Shown here: one piece after another, positions 26,820-38,009 of the stretch
Layout: every line of letters starts with the position of its first letter
Position numbering within the stretch: position 1 is the first letter of the stretch
Assembly: GCA_002269645.1 (NCBI GenBank)
Contig: NIVC01000628.1
Span: forward strand, 124,001 to 188,000
Direction of reading: 5' to 3'
Length of the DNA stretch: 64,000 nt
Origin: Macrostomum lignano
Lineage: Eukaryota
Notes under the pieces: generated by a model
What the model was told of the DNA's origin: nothing
Databases searched by the model: none
Seen by the model: the letters and a program-made list of their open reading frames with translations, nothing else
Made by a program: the position numbers and the translations under genes

Positions 26820-27617
26820 AAAACTCCGCAACATACTATACAATCTACCGTGCTGTTCGATTCTTTTATAACAGATCGCGTTCCTAGATTTTTAAGAGAG
26901 TTGATTTCACATCTAGCTACTTAAACAAAAGTGAAAAGTCGCCACCCTTTGCCCCAGTGAGCAGTGTCTTTCGACCAGCGTCTATCACCTGGCCAACCAT
27001 TTTGATAGTAAAAAAAGCTTGAAAAAACAATGAAAACCGGGCGGAAGCTTCAAATCCATCCGATCTTTGCCTCCACGAGTCCACTCCTCCCAATCCCTCC
27101 TCACCCAGCCCAACTCTGCGTCCCGTGGCGCAAGTTGCGTCACTCAAAAATCAATATAACTGTGCTCGAATTTACTGCGCATTCTCAAATGGTGACGACT
27201 TTTTAATTTTGTTGAGTATAGATGTGCCTGCTCCATTGCCAACCTTCTCCTCTTATTTATGATTCAATTATTACCAAGTTTTTCGATAGAATTCTCGCAT
27301 TAATTTGTGACGGAAGTCAACAAGCGGTCTTAATAAACTTTTGCCTGATTTCACCTAAAGAGATATGGTGTGAGATTCTTCTTTTCTGAAGTTCTCTTCA
27401 AGGCAAAATTACTAAATTAGATTCAAAATTTGATGAGCTGGGCAAGAGATAAGAACTCTTCAAAAGCTGATACAGTATCTGAGAAACACTCTGTGATAGC
27501 ACAGCGGGATCGGTTAAACACTTCTTGAGAATATTTAAGCATTGGCAACTTGAGCGAGCAGAGAAAATCCAGGCAAGAGAAAAGGCTTCAGTGATTAGAC
27601 AGTATCCGCTCCCGACC

Positions 27618-30600
27618 ATGGAAACTGCTGAGTCTGGCATGGTAAGTACTGGCACACTTAAATTTCAATTAGCATTGAGTCGTGTTTACAATCCGATTGT
27701 TGGTTTCTTTTCATTCAAATAATAATTCATTCATTGAACTTGAATGCATTCTTCGCTCGTTCCAAAACAAGATTTTGCCTCAAATTTTTTGTAAGTACCG
27801 GGTACGACTCTCAGACCCACCAGCTCGTCTTTGACTCCTCTTCTCCTTCATATTCATCCTCCATCCAACCCCCATGATACCTATCATGTCGTCTCCAAAC
27901 CTATCATATCGTCTCCATACCCTCTCGTCTCCATCTAGTCTCCATACCCTCCATCTAGTCTCCATACCCTCCATCTAGTCTCCATACCCTCCATTTAGTC
28001 TCCATACCCTCCATCTAGTCTCCATACCCTCCATCTAGTCTCCATACCCTTCATCTAGTCTCCATACCCTCCATCTAGTCTCCATACCCTCCATCTAGTC
28101 TCCATACCCTTCATCTAGTCTCCATACCCTTCATCTAGTCTCCATACCCTCCATTTAGTCTCCATACCCTCCATCTAGTCTCCATACCCTCCATCTAGTC
28201 TCCATACCCTCCATCTAGTCTCCATACCCTCCATCTAGTCTCCATACCCTCCATCTAGTCTCCATACCCTTCATCTAGTCTCCATACCCTCCATCTAGTC
28301 TCCATACCCTTCATCTAGTCTCCATACCATCCATATAGTCTTCAAACCCCTGAGTAGTCCCTGAGTTGGTCCTATAATATTTGGTTAGCAGACCTGTAAT
28401 TGAGCGCAAGGTTGCTTGCTGCTTTCAGTTAAGATGCGCTGAACAGAAATTTACAATTTAGAAATTTAGCAGTTTTGTCTGAGACAGTGAGAGAATGCTT
28501 TTTGTATCAATTGACTTAGGCGAGCTACCTGGACGACCTGCCGTACTACTCCAACTACCAACTGGCCGATGATGAGGTGCCCCTGACCAAGTACCTGCTT
28601 CCCGCCGACTCTGCCGAAGTGCAGCGAGGCGTCGAGTCCGGCCGCTTCCCGACGCTCTCCGGCTTGGCGCGGCTGCAGCGGCAGCGAGGCCAGCCGCCCA
28701 ATCCGTTGGGCGACGCGGCGAACGAGTCGCCGCCGGCTCCGTTTCCACCGCGACGCACCAAAACGGAGCTGCTCGAATCGAAGGACTTTACAGAGACGGA
28801 CAAGTTCGCCGAGTCGGTGACGCCGTTGCCAAGCGACGACTGGGAGCAGCTGGCGGAGCGGCTGTTCGAGCAGAGCCGCAGCAACCTGGAGAAGGTGAGG
28901 GTCGCGTTCTGCTTCGCCTGCACGCACCGGCAGCTGGCAGAGGCTGCTGAAGAGAAGCAACCGTATGAAAATATTCGACTTGGAAACTGCAGCGAAGTTT
29001 TTGCCGCGCTACTTATGTAAGATTGCCAAGCCATACTAGAAATCGTTCACTCGCACCAATGTTTCAGGTTCCAGAATAAATAAAAATGCAATATTTGACG
29101 CGCTTTCAGCAATTATCTACGAGTGTGTCACTAAATTTGGTAACCCACAGTAAGACAGGCCTGCATGACATTCGAGTTGTGCATGCCAACTATTGTTAAG
29201 TGGGCTGAGGACCCAACTGCAAGGCCATGAATGATACACGTATTTCACCAACTCTCTTTGATCATACATGCGCACAATCGGCACAATCAGCACTGAGCCT
29301 CAGTGCGGCCTTGCCAAGCCTCCAAATTTCATCAGCGCGTCGACCGCATGTGCCTGCATCAGCTGTGACTTCGTTGGTCACTGGCCTTCACCGAGGCGAA
29401 GCTTCTGAACATTCAACAGGTGACACCAGGTAACTATGGACACCCTGTTGCAACAACAACAACAAAGTACTTCACCCGCCAGCCACACAGTGGCTAGAAA
29501 GAGGGGAAAAGTCAGAGAGCGCGTCTCTGGGCCATAGCCCTCAGAAAGTCACAACCCCCAGCTTGGTCCAGGGCGCCAGCATCGGTCAAAAGCCTATCAG
29601 GGTATCTCGCCGTTCGCCCTTGGCCTCGCCTGCGCGGTCCCTGCAGCTTGAGCAGCAGCACCTCGTGCAGCGGCTCAGGGCAGCGAGCCTCCGACCGGAT
29701 GACGTGGCCAGCCAGTCGAAGTCGCCGCAGGTCAGAAGGCCGCATCATGCCCTTGTGTAGAGGCGTGCCCTCGTGTAGAAAGCGGCGTTGGTCTCGCTGC
29801 CGGAACCGCTGCGCACTCCGAAAGCCGCACGCAGCATGGCCGCATGCGCAGCGTCCAGCTGCCTCTCCTAAGCGTCCGTCAGGGTCCAGATCTCGGTGTT
29901 GTACAACAAGACAGTCTCAACGACTGCCTGAAACAGCCGAGCTTTGAGCCCGTCATCCAGGGCCTCAGAATGGAGCGCGGAGCGCACAGAACGAAACGCG
30001 GCACAGGCCAGGCCTTGTCTTCTCACCAGGTTGTCGGCAACGTCCGGCACGAGGCCGCCGAGGTACAGGAACCGCTGGCAACGGGTAAGCATGATTGCCT
30101 CCCGGGCAGCGTCTCGGTAATTGATCTCGACAGGCAGGTTGGAGGACACCGTGAAGACTACCGTCTTCCGTGCGTTCAGCATGAGGCCGACTCGCGATGC
30201 TGCTGCCGTCAGGCCATCCAGCAGCCGCTGAGCGCCTTCAGCCGACGATGACAGCAGCGCGAGGTCGTCCGCGCAGCCGAGAATGGAGAGCCGCTTCTCA
30301 GGGTGCCACCGACTCATGCGTCTTCGCAGCAGGAAGCCGTTGGGTAGGCCGGTCCTCAGTACCCAATCCAGACCAAGCACAAACAGGAAAGGCGCCAGAG
30401 TGTCACCCTGCAGCACGCCTGACGACGTGCTAAATTGGTCCGACAGTCCATCTGGCGTCATCACAGAAGCGGTCGTATCCTGGTACATCAACATGATGGC
30501 GGAAATCAGTTGGTCCGGTTGCAGATTTCTCTATTTTCGCTGATCAAGCCTCAGTGGGCGAACCTCAACTGCTCGACATCCTCAGCTAGTCTCTCAAGCA

Positions 30601-33600
30601 TTCCGTCATCATCCCGATGCCGTCGACACCTTCAACAGATAGCACCAGATGACTTTGCATTTTTCTTCTTCTCTAGATACGAGCTACATTTCTGAAACAT
30701 AAAATTATTTTTACCAGTACCTGTTGAAGGACAGAAGCTCTGCCTGGGTGAAGGCCAGTGACCAAAGAAGTCAGGGCTGATGCAAACACGTGTAGTCGAT
30801 GCGCTGATGAAATTTTGATGCTTGGCAAGGTTGCACTGAGGTGGAGTGCTGCTTGGTGCACAGGGGTGTACTGAATGCACTAGGGAAACTTGGGAATACT
30901 CGGGGAAAGATTCGACCTTCTGGCAGAATCGTTGAATATCTCGACAGTCCAAAAAGCTTGTTTAGCCCGTTTTTCTGAATTTCGTGTGCCTGCGTTGCTC
31001 CGTTCTGGCGCAGCAAAAAAGTTGTCAAGGGGGGGGGGGGTAATTACACCTTGATAGGTCGACGGGCGGAAAAATGGCTTCGGATTCCTACCGTTAAATA
31101 GTCTATGCAAAAAATCCTCTAATAAATTGGGCACTCCTATCCTGTGTACTATTTAACTTGAATAATTTGAAACATTTGCTGATATTATGCGGGAATTATT
31201 GTTAATTATTGCTTGAATCTTTAAGATCACTTTGAAAATGGCTTGAAAATCTCACCTGACCCTATCGGACACAATTTAGCATAGCCGGTGTGCCGATGCA
31301 AGTAATTACCGGCTACAAGAAGGGCATCGGCTATGAGTCTGGGCTCAGGGCACCACTTGGCGGCGTCTGGTTTGCCTGCTACGTCGAGGGCGAATGGCGA
31401 TTCGTAGATCCGCACTGGTCCGCGCAATCCGTCAGCGGTTTCGAGGCAGGCAACTACAGACAGGTGGATGAGCGCGGCCTTGTGAATGATGTAACAGAAG
31501 TCGGCGGCACCACAGTCTACGATCTCAACGAGTTCTGGTTCCTGACTGACCCGCACCAGTTCGTTGTCAGTCACTTCCCCAGCGAAGACCAGCTCGAGTG
31601 GCAGCTGCTGGCCAGGCCGTTGCAATTTGAAGAGTTCGAAGAAATGATCGACTACTTTGACGGCACGGAAACGGAGATGAACGTCTACCAGCTAGAAACA
31701 GTCAGTCATCCAAAAAACGTCATCATTTCAAAGCCCGGATCCGTAGAAATCCTGCTCCGAGAACTTACTAATGAGCAGTACATGTACGAAATGCTGCTGA
31801 AAATACACAAGAAGCACATTGCTGACGGATCGAACTTGGCGCATTTGACTGCCTACCAACAGAAGGCCTGCGTCAGCATAGAGACTGCAGCATTATTTCT
31901 TACTTTTGAAATACAGGCGTAGCTACTGAACTATTACCAATTGCAGAAATTTGACGTGCCAAGCGCTGGGTCCGGACAACAAGCCCCTGCCGACGGGCAG
32001 CGTGCTTGTGTGGCGCGACGATCGCCGCAACGCCTTCCTGTTCCTGGCGCCCGATTCCGGCTACTACGCTCTGGTGCTCTACGAGAACAGTCGGCCCGTC
32101 GGCCAGTTCCTGGTGGATGCCAGCAGCGAAGCCAAGGACGGCGCGAGCTTCCCGCTGCCCGACTGGAGCCGTGTCGGAGGTCTCGGACTCGCCGCTGTAA
32201 ACAAGGCGGACGGCGGAGGCTGTCGGCTGGTGCCACTGAGCCACCAAACGCCGTACGTTCGAACCGAAGAGTTCGAGTTGGCGATGCGCTTCGGTGTTGA
32301 TGGCGCAGGCGAAGAAGGCGACGCAGGCATCGAATTGAAGTCGGAGATGCTGGGTGTCGGAGCAGACGGAGGGACTGAGTCGGTCGGCGACTACTCGTTA
32401 GTGAGCGGTGTCGATGGCGGCGGCTTCGAGGTGCGGTGCCGGTTCCCAAGAGCGGGCCACTACCTGCTCCGCCTGTCGTTCCGAGAGAGCGGCGGAGACT
32501 GGCGCCCGTACTTCACGTACTTCGTGCGAGCGGTGGGCCAGCTGGACGGATCGGCATCCGCGTTTCCGAGCCTCGGAGCGGACTGGCCGGTCGGCGGAGC
32601 GCTCATCGAGCCGCTGGACCGCACGCTATCCGTTGGACAGCCGACGCCGATCCGCCTCCGTCTCGAGGACGCCACAGCTATCGGCGCTGTGGAGGTGGTC
32701 GATGAGCGAAGCGGCAGTCGGGAGCCGTTGAGTCGCGACCCGCAGGACCCGCGGTTGTGGTTCGGGTCCGTGACGCCATCTGCGGGTAACACCGATGGAG
32801 CGAACACTGCGGGGAGCGGCGGCGTGACGGTGGTGGCCCGTGTCAACGACGGCGTTGAGACACAGCTTGTAAAGTTCGACGTTGAGTCGGAGAGCAGCGC
32901 AGAGGCCAAGGCGGCGGCACTGCGCGAAGCTCGGGAGCTTAACGAGCGACGTCGGGTGGCCGAGGAGAATCGGCAGCGGAAACAGGAGAACCGACACCGC
33001 CGCGATAAGGGACTGGAGTCGCTGCCTGTTTGGGTACTTAATAAAGTTGTTCTGCCATCGGTTTTATCTCGAAATGCATTTGTTCGAAATATTTTTGGTA
33101 TTTTTTATCCTTTTCCTGACAGAGTCACGCTGAGGTGAGAGCTGCTGCCGATTTGGCTGCAAAAAGGCTGGCCTTGGCGTACGAGAAAGAAGAAAAAAGA
33201 GCAAAAGCTTTTGCGAAATCAGCTGCGGCAGAAAGAGCTCAAGCTCAGAGCCTAGCAGCAGCAAAAGCAGCGGCTGAAGCCAAAGCGGCTTTGAAAGCGG
33301 CAGCAATGGAGGCATCAAAGTTGGCGGCTTTAGCACTCGCGGTGTCGAGGGCGGTGGCCGAGTCCCAATCGGCAGTATTGGCGGCTGCTGATGAGGAACT
33401 GGAAACAAAGACCGCGGCTGATGCGAAGGATATCTCGGCGGCATCGTATCGATCGGAAATGACTGAGAAGGCGGCTGTCAAAGCCAAATTAGCGGCTGAG
33501 TCAGCGAACGACGTGGCAGCCGAATTGCAGGCGCTTGCAGCTGCAGCAGCAGAAGAAAAAGTGACTGCCAGTTCGGCAGCTGATGCGGCTTCAAAAGCGG

Positions 33601-35395
33601 CTGAGGCTGCAGCCTTCGATGCGGAGATCGCCGGTTCTCCGCTACCCGACGAGGCTGCAAAGTTTGCATCATCAGCGTCGCACGAGGCCGAAGCTGCTGC
33701 CAGGGCAGTCACCGAGATCGCTGCAAAGTCAGCCACCGAGGCTTCCATCGCGAAGAGGGGAGCCCGCATGGCGGCTGCTTCGGCGGAGACGGCAGCAAAG
33801 TCAGCTGCGGTTGCGGCTGCTGCAGCGCAGGAGGCCACAGAAGCGATTGCGGCGGAAAAAGCTGAGCTGAATTACCTGATTGCTGAGCTGGACGTGGCCT
33901 TGTTGGACCGAAAGTTAACTCGGGTGCGCAAGGCCGTTGAGTCGTTGGAGGCTCGCGAAAAGGAGCTGCGCGGCAGTCAGTCGAGTAAGCTGAAGGAGGC
34001 ACAACAGACTTTAACGGCGCTACAGAATAGAAAAGGTTCTGTTTTTCTGTTGACAAAACAAGTGGCAGTTGTGCTTAAATTCTGATGTATTACTGAAGGT
34101 AGCTTGTATTGTAAAACCGTCACATTAATTTGGCCAGTGACAATTTCGATCCCGTGCTCTATCCAACCTCCGCAGACCTTCGGGACGCCATGGCGGACGC
34201 TCAGCGAGCCCGCAGCACCGACCGCCTGCGCGCGTTGGTGCACCGTCTGGAGGCTGAAGCTGAGTCGCAACCGCTGACGGAGGCGCAGCTGGCGCTGTTC
34301 AGCGAGGACCTGCGGCTCGCCAGAGAGGCCATCCAGCGAGATGACAAGCTGAAGCGAATTCCCTCACACCGGCTGGAGATGAGTCCGAAGAGTCTGTCCG
34401 AGCTGAGACAGTACAGCCGGCCAGTGGAAACGGTGCACCGAACGGTGCAGGCGCTGCTGCTGCTGCTCGGGTACTACGAAAAGCGCACACGGGTGAGTCA
34501 AGGACTACCCAAGTAGAAGGGCGGGAAACTACATTTTCGGGGAACTTTTGAGAGGCTGGTTTTATTGAAGAAATACATACCGGAGAATGGAGGTTTTCAT
34601 TTTTTCAGCGTAAAATTTGTAATGATCCATTTGATGGCGGACAGACCCAATGTTCATCTTTTAAAACGACTTGATTTTCTGTTAGTTCTATAGATATTCG
34701 TAGAGCTTTTTTGTTCAGAAAGTTTGTATTTTGTGTTAATTTTATGAGCGCAATCCTAATTGCATGACCTGTGTCCAAACATCGTAAAAATGACACAACT
34801 TAATTCATTCGCAATTTCGCATTGAGGGCGGAGAAGCTTTTTAAATGCTAGGTCGGTGTGTAGTGTACAGAGTGCAGAGCTTGTGTTCTATAGATTGTAC
34901 TGTGCAGTCATTTTGCTGCCCCTCACTGGGTCTGTTTACTCGTGAACTTCTCCACGTTACCAACAGAAGTGGCATCGCTGCCAGCCGCTGTTGAAGAGCA
35001 TCAACAAGTTTGTCGCAGACTTTCAGCCGCGCTTCGTTGATCCGCGCATCGCCGCTCGAAGTTCGGAGATTCTGGGCAGCATCGACAAGCGCGAGATCGC
35101 CCTGCAGAGCGCTGCCGCCTTCGCCTTCTACCAATGGGTTCGTTTGAGGAATTTTTCTTGACAATGAGAGTGCAGCATGGGAGCCTGACTCCTTCATCAA
35201 TCAATTTTACTCCAGGCGGTCAGGACCACGCAGTCCATCAAGGATGCAGCCTCAGTGGACAGTTTTGTTCCAGCCAGCATGGTTCAGCAAAGGTGGATCC
35301 TTCGGGTCACGATGGAGGAGGACTCTGCGTTGGACTTTCAAGACAAGGGCATTCGCAAGAAGAGTGCACGTCGTCCTCGGACTTCAAAAATTTGA
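27618..35395 (+). CDS. Hillarin/KY-like paralog B; exons 27618..27641, 28520..29016, 31280..31918(?), 31947..33033, 33123..34035, 34176..34492, 34967..35137, 35216..35395; possibly disrupted at 31920
   Basis: Exon order and phases match paralog A, and exons 2, 4, 6 and 7 have identical lengths (497, 1087, 317, 171 nt). Exon 3 runs into TAG at 31920-31922 unless a 28-nt intron is removed. Confidence 0.72.
27930..28330. repeat. 20-bp minisatellite (TCCATACCCTCCATCTAGTC)
   Basis: About 20 copies in paralog B intron 1. Confidence 0.96.
29288..29421 (+). repeat. Left arm of an approximately 135-bp imperfect inverted repeat
   Basis: Aligns to the reverse complement of 30719..30851 at roughly 80-85% by eye. 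Confidence 0.85.
29448..30520 (-). mobile_element. 5'-truncated, inactive RTE-clade non-LTR retrotransposon fragment (RT and thumb regions, 3' (TTG)n tail)
   Basis: Motifs GVLQGDTLAPFLF, CADD in place of YADD, FLYLG, ETVLLY..EIWTLT and RRLRLAGH. It has an in-frame TAG at 29868-29870, a later frameshift, and a (CAA)n tail at about 29453-29465. Confidence 0.9.
30719..30851 (-). repeat. Right arm of the approximately 135-bp imperfect inverted repeat
   Basis: Pairs with 29288..29421. Confidence 0.85.
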
Positions 35396-36596
35396 ACTTT
35401 AAACTCACACTTCTTTGCTAAAAGTAGACAAATAGTATAGCATTTCCCAGTCAATTTGGTCCGCGCCCCTGATTTCCTTCTCCGTCAGCAGTGACAAAGC
35501 TGGCGCTACTTTCCGAGTCACTCGTTATTGCTATTGCTTATTAACGGCTTTTAAAATGAATACGCGAAATAAGTGCCCCCAGGATTAAATTGAGTGGAAC
35601 GAAACAGCATATTTGGCCATAGACATACCTCTAGTGACGGCGGAATGAATTGGAATTCTCTATTGCGGATTAAATTGAGTGCTTCTAGGACCAAATTGAC
35701 CGAGAAATGCTATTTTTCAAAACTGAATTTTCAAACGCATTGAAATCATGGGAAATCATCCCAAGAGCAATTTTGCAGTCAAATTTATCAATCAATTGAG
35801 ACTACGATATTCAAACCTGTCGAATTCCAAATGATTTTGTAAACATTACAGAAGATTTTGACTTTTTCATCGTTTTAGCAACATTCGTGTACTGTACGTG
35901 CTTTAAATACCTGCCGAAATTTTTTTCTGTGCAAACGAAAGTCCAAGACTGCCACAGACAACTTTTGGGCTTTCGACCACAGACAAAATTTTGTCGGGTA
36001 TTATAGAATTTAACCATCACGAGTGAACGTGAAGGAATCCCATTGTTAGATGAGTCATCGTGAAGCAATGCACAAAACCGTGCAGGAATGCATTTCTTCG
36101 CCTAATGCTTTTTCAGTGAGATTTTACCATACTCGTTGACATCCACTCATGCACGCAAAAGCGTGCAAGAATGCCATTCCTGCATGGAGAATCAGCCGAC
36201 AATGAGACATGGACGCCATAGATATTTTTGAGCTTATCGAGGCTGATATAGCCTGGCTAAAAACACATAGCCGCAAATAATGAGACCAGTTTGATGGGTG
36301 CTGCACCACAATGCTCTAGATTTGCGACCTTCAACAAAGATCAGATTGCTGAAAAGATCGACGCCGCAGTGCCTGCCAATACGAAGAGGAAGAAGAAATG
36401 GGCCGTCAAGCCAAATGAGCCGTCAAGTCCAGACATGAGGCCATCCTGAACGGCGGACACACTGGATTGCTGGTGCTCAAGCCAATTGAAGAGTGAAGCA
36501 ACGCCGAATGGGCCTACTAGCTGCGGATGATTTGAGGCAGGACTCAATTTGAGACCAGTTACATGAAATCTGACCATAGACTACGCGAAAGTAAGG

Positions 36597-36654
36597 CATC
36601 CTACCATGGACTTCTATACTTAGCATGCTAAGTATAGAAGTCCATGCATCCTAC
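36597..36654. mobile_element. Perfect 42-bp palindrome (36605..36646) flanked by the 8-bp direct repeat CATCCTAC; ultra-short TIR-only element
   Basis: CATGGACTTCTATACTTAGCA|TGCTAAGTATAGAAGTCCATG is self-complementary with no mismatch. CATCCTAC occurs at 36597-36604 and 36647-36654. Confidence 0.75.
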
Positions 36655-36963
36655 GAAGAAGAAAGGCCAAGTTAAATAAGCCATTAGTCGGTTTTAAACG
36701 GTTTCAACGGATTGGGCATTTCAGCCAAAAGTTGGGTAATTGAAATAATGATGTGACAGAATATATTTGAATGAGAATTCTCGGTGTAAAATGTGCGCGA
36801 TGATTCATCAGTCTACACTAATGCGTTGCGTCACTGCACGGGAATATCGTGAGTCAGTCTGTGGAGTGTGGAATATAGTTAATACAATGGCTGCAAATTT
36901 CATCGGCATTGCAAGCAGAAGCAATAGCAGTTTAGAATGATGAGCGGCACGCTTAAGCAATCT

Positions 36964-38009
36964 TTATACACCAGGCGTCTTCCAGCACATGACGATATGG
37001 CGACCAATCTTGAAGAAAAATGACAGCCCAGGCTCGTGGCTATAGCTGGCCCAGTACTGTCCCGTAACCATGACAACGTGCCAAAGCTTGCCGAACTGGC
37101 CGTCCAGCTTCTGCTTCAGCCGGCCAGCGACATCTTTCTCATCTTTGCCGCGTCTCTGGGCGTCGCGAAATATTTCAGTCAGGTCCACCTGCATCTCTAG
37201 GCCCATGCTGGAGGCGATGACGGTGACGTCCTCCGGCAGCCGGTTACTCCTCAGACACTCGGCCTTGAGCTGGTTGAGTCGGTAGATTCGCCTAGGTTAG
37301 GAAAATGCGATGGGTTGCTTTCGTGCGTTACCACGAGTTCATTCGACGCATTGCACGAAGTTGGGTTTTGCGAGCTAATGATGACGCAGCAATATGTGCT
37401 CTAAAGAATAAAAAGTTCAATTGAATCATGAAAAACAGTATACAGTCTTACGCTTGCTTCGGATTGAGCCCCAGAACGTTGCAGTATTCGTCCAGTGTAA
37501 TCGCGCCGTCATCGTTCTCATCAAATAGCTTCATCCATTTCTGAAAAAGCGAATTCGGTAAATGCCATGACTTGGTTGTTTGTGTGTAACTATTACTCAA
37601 TACTATCTGCGAGTCTGATGAATGCAGCTAAATAACATTTCAGCGACCATTTTACCTACCTTGATACCAACATAAGATCTGTTAGATCAGTTTAAACCCT
37701 TAAATACCGGAGTCCGGATCACCGTGTGAATAAGTACACAAAGCGTTGGAAACACTGGAAGCTACAAACCTCGCCAAAATTGGCCTCAAACTGGCTGCTG
37801 CTGGTCATGTAGGCCGCTAATTCATCCGGTGTGATGGACTCGCTCCGATCCTTGTCGACCGCAAAGAACGCATCAAGGAAGGGATTCTGTGCAGCTGCCT
37901 CCTCTGCTGCGACGCGTCCCGGTGACAACGGCGGTGGAGCAGGCGATGTTGAGCCCGAAGCGGAGGCAGTGGAGTGCGCTGGCGACACAGAGAGCGACAT
38001 GCTTCGCAT
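36964..38009 (-). CDS. Tegument allergen-like (TAL) protein: two EF-hands plus a dynein light chain-like domain; exons 37770..38009, 37452..37540, 36964..37291 (218 aa)
   Basis: EF loops DKDRSESITPDE and DENDDGAITLDE. DLC-like region LKQKLDGQFGKLWHVVMVTGQYWASYSH..FFFKIGRHIVMCWKTP. GT-AG introns in phases 0 and 2. Confidence 0.9.

Noticed and set aside
28980-29016. Cys in paralog B (GNCSEVF) as the transglutaminase nucleophile
   Set aside because: Alignment with paralog C (RNYAEIF) places it at the Tyr of the YA-x-LF motif, three residues after the catalytic position, and the His is also missing.
35615-35645. CATAGACATACCTCTAGT as a transposon terminus
   Set aside because: No inverted partner or target-site duplication was found in the window.
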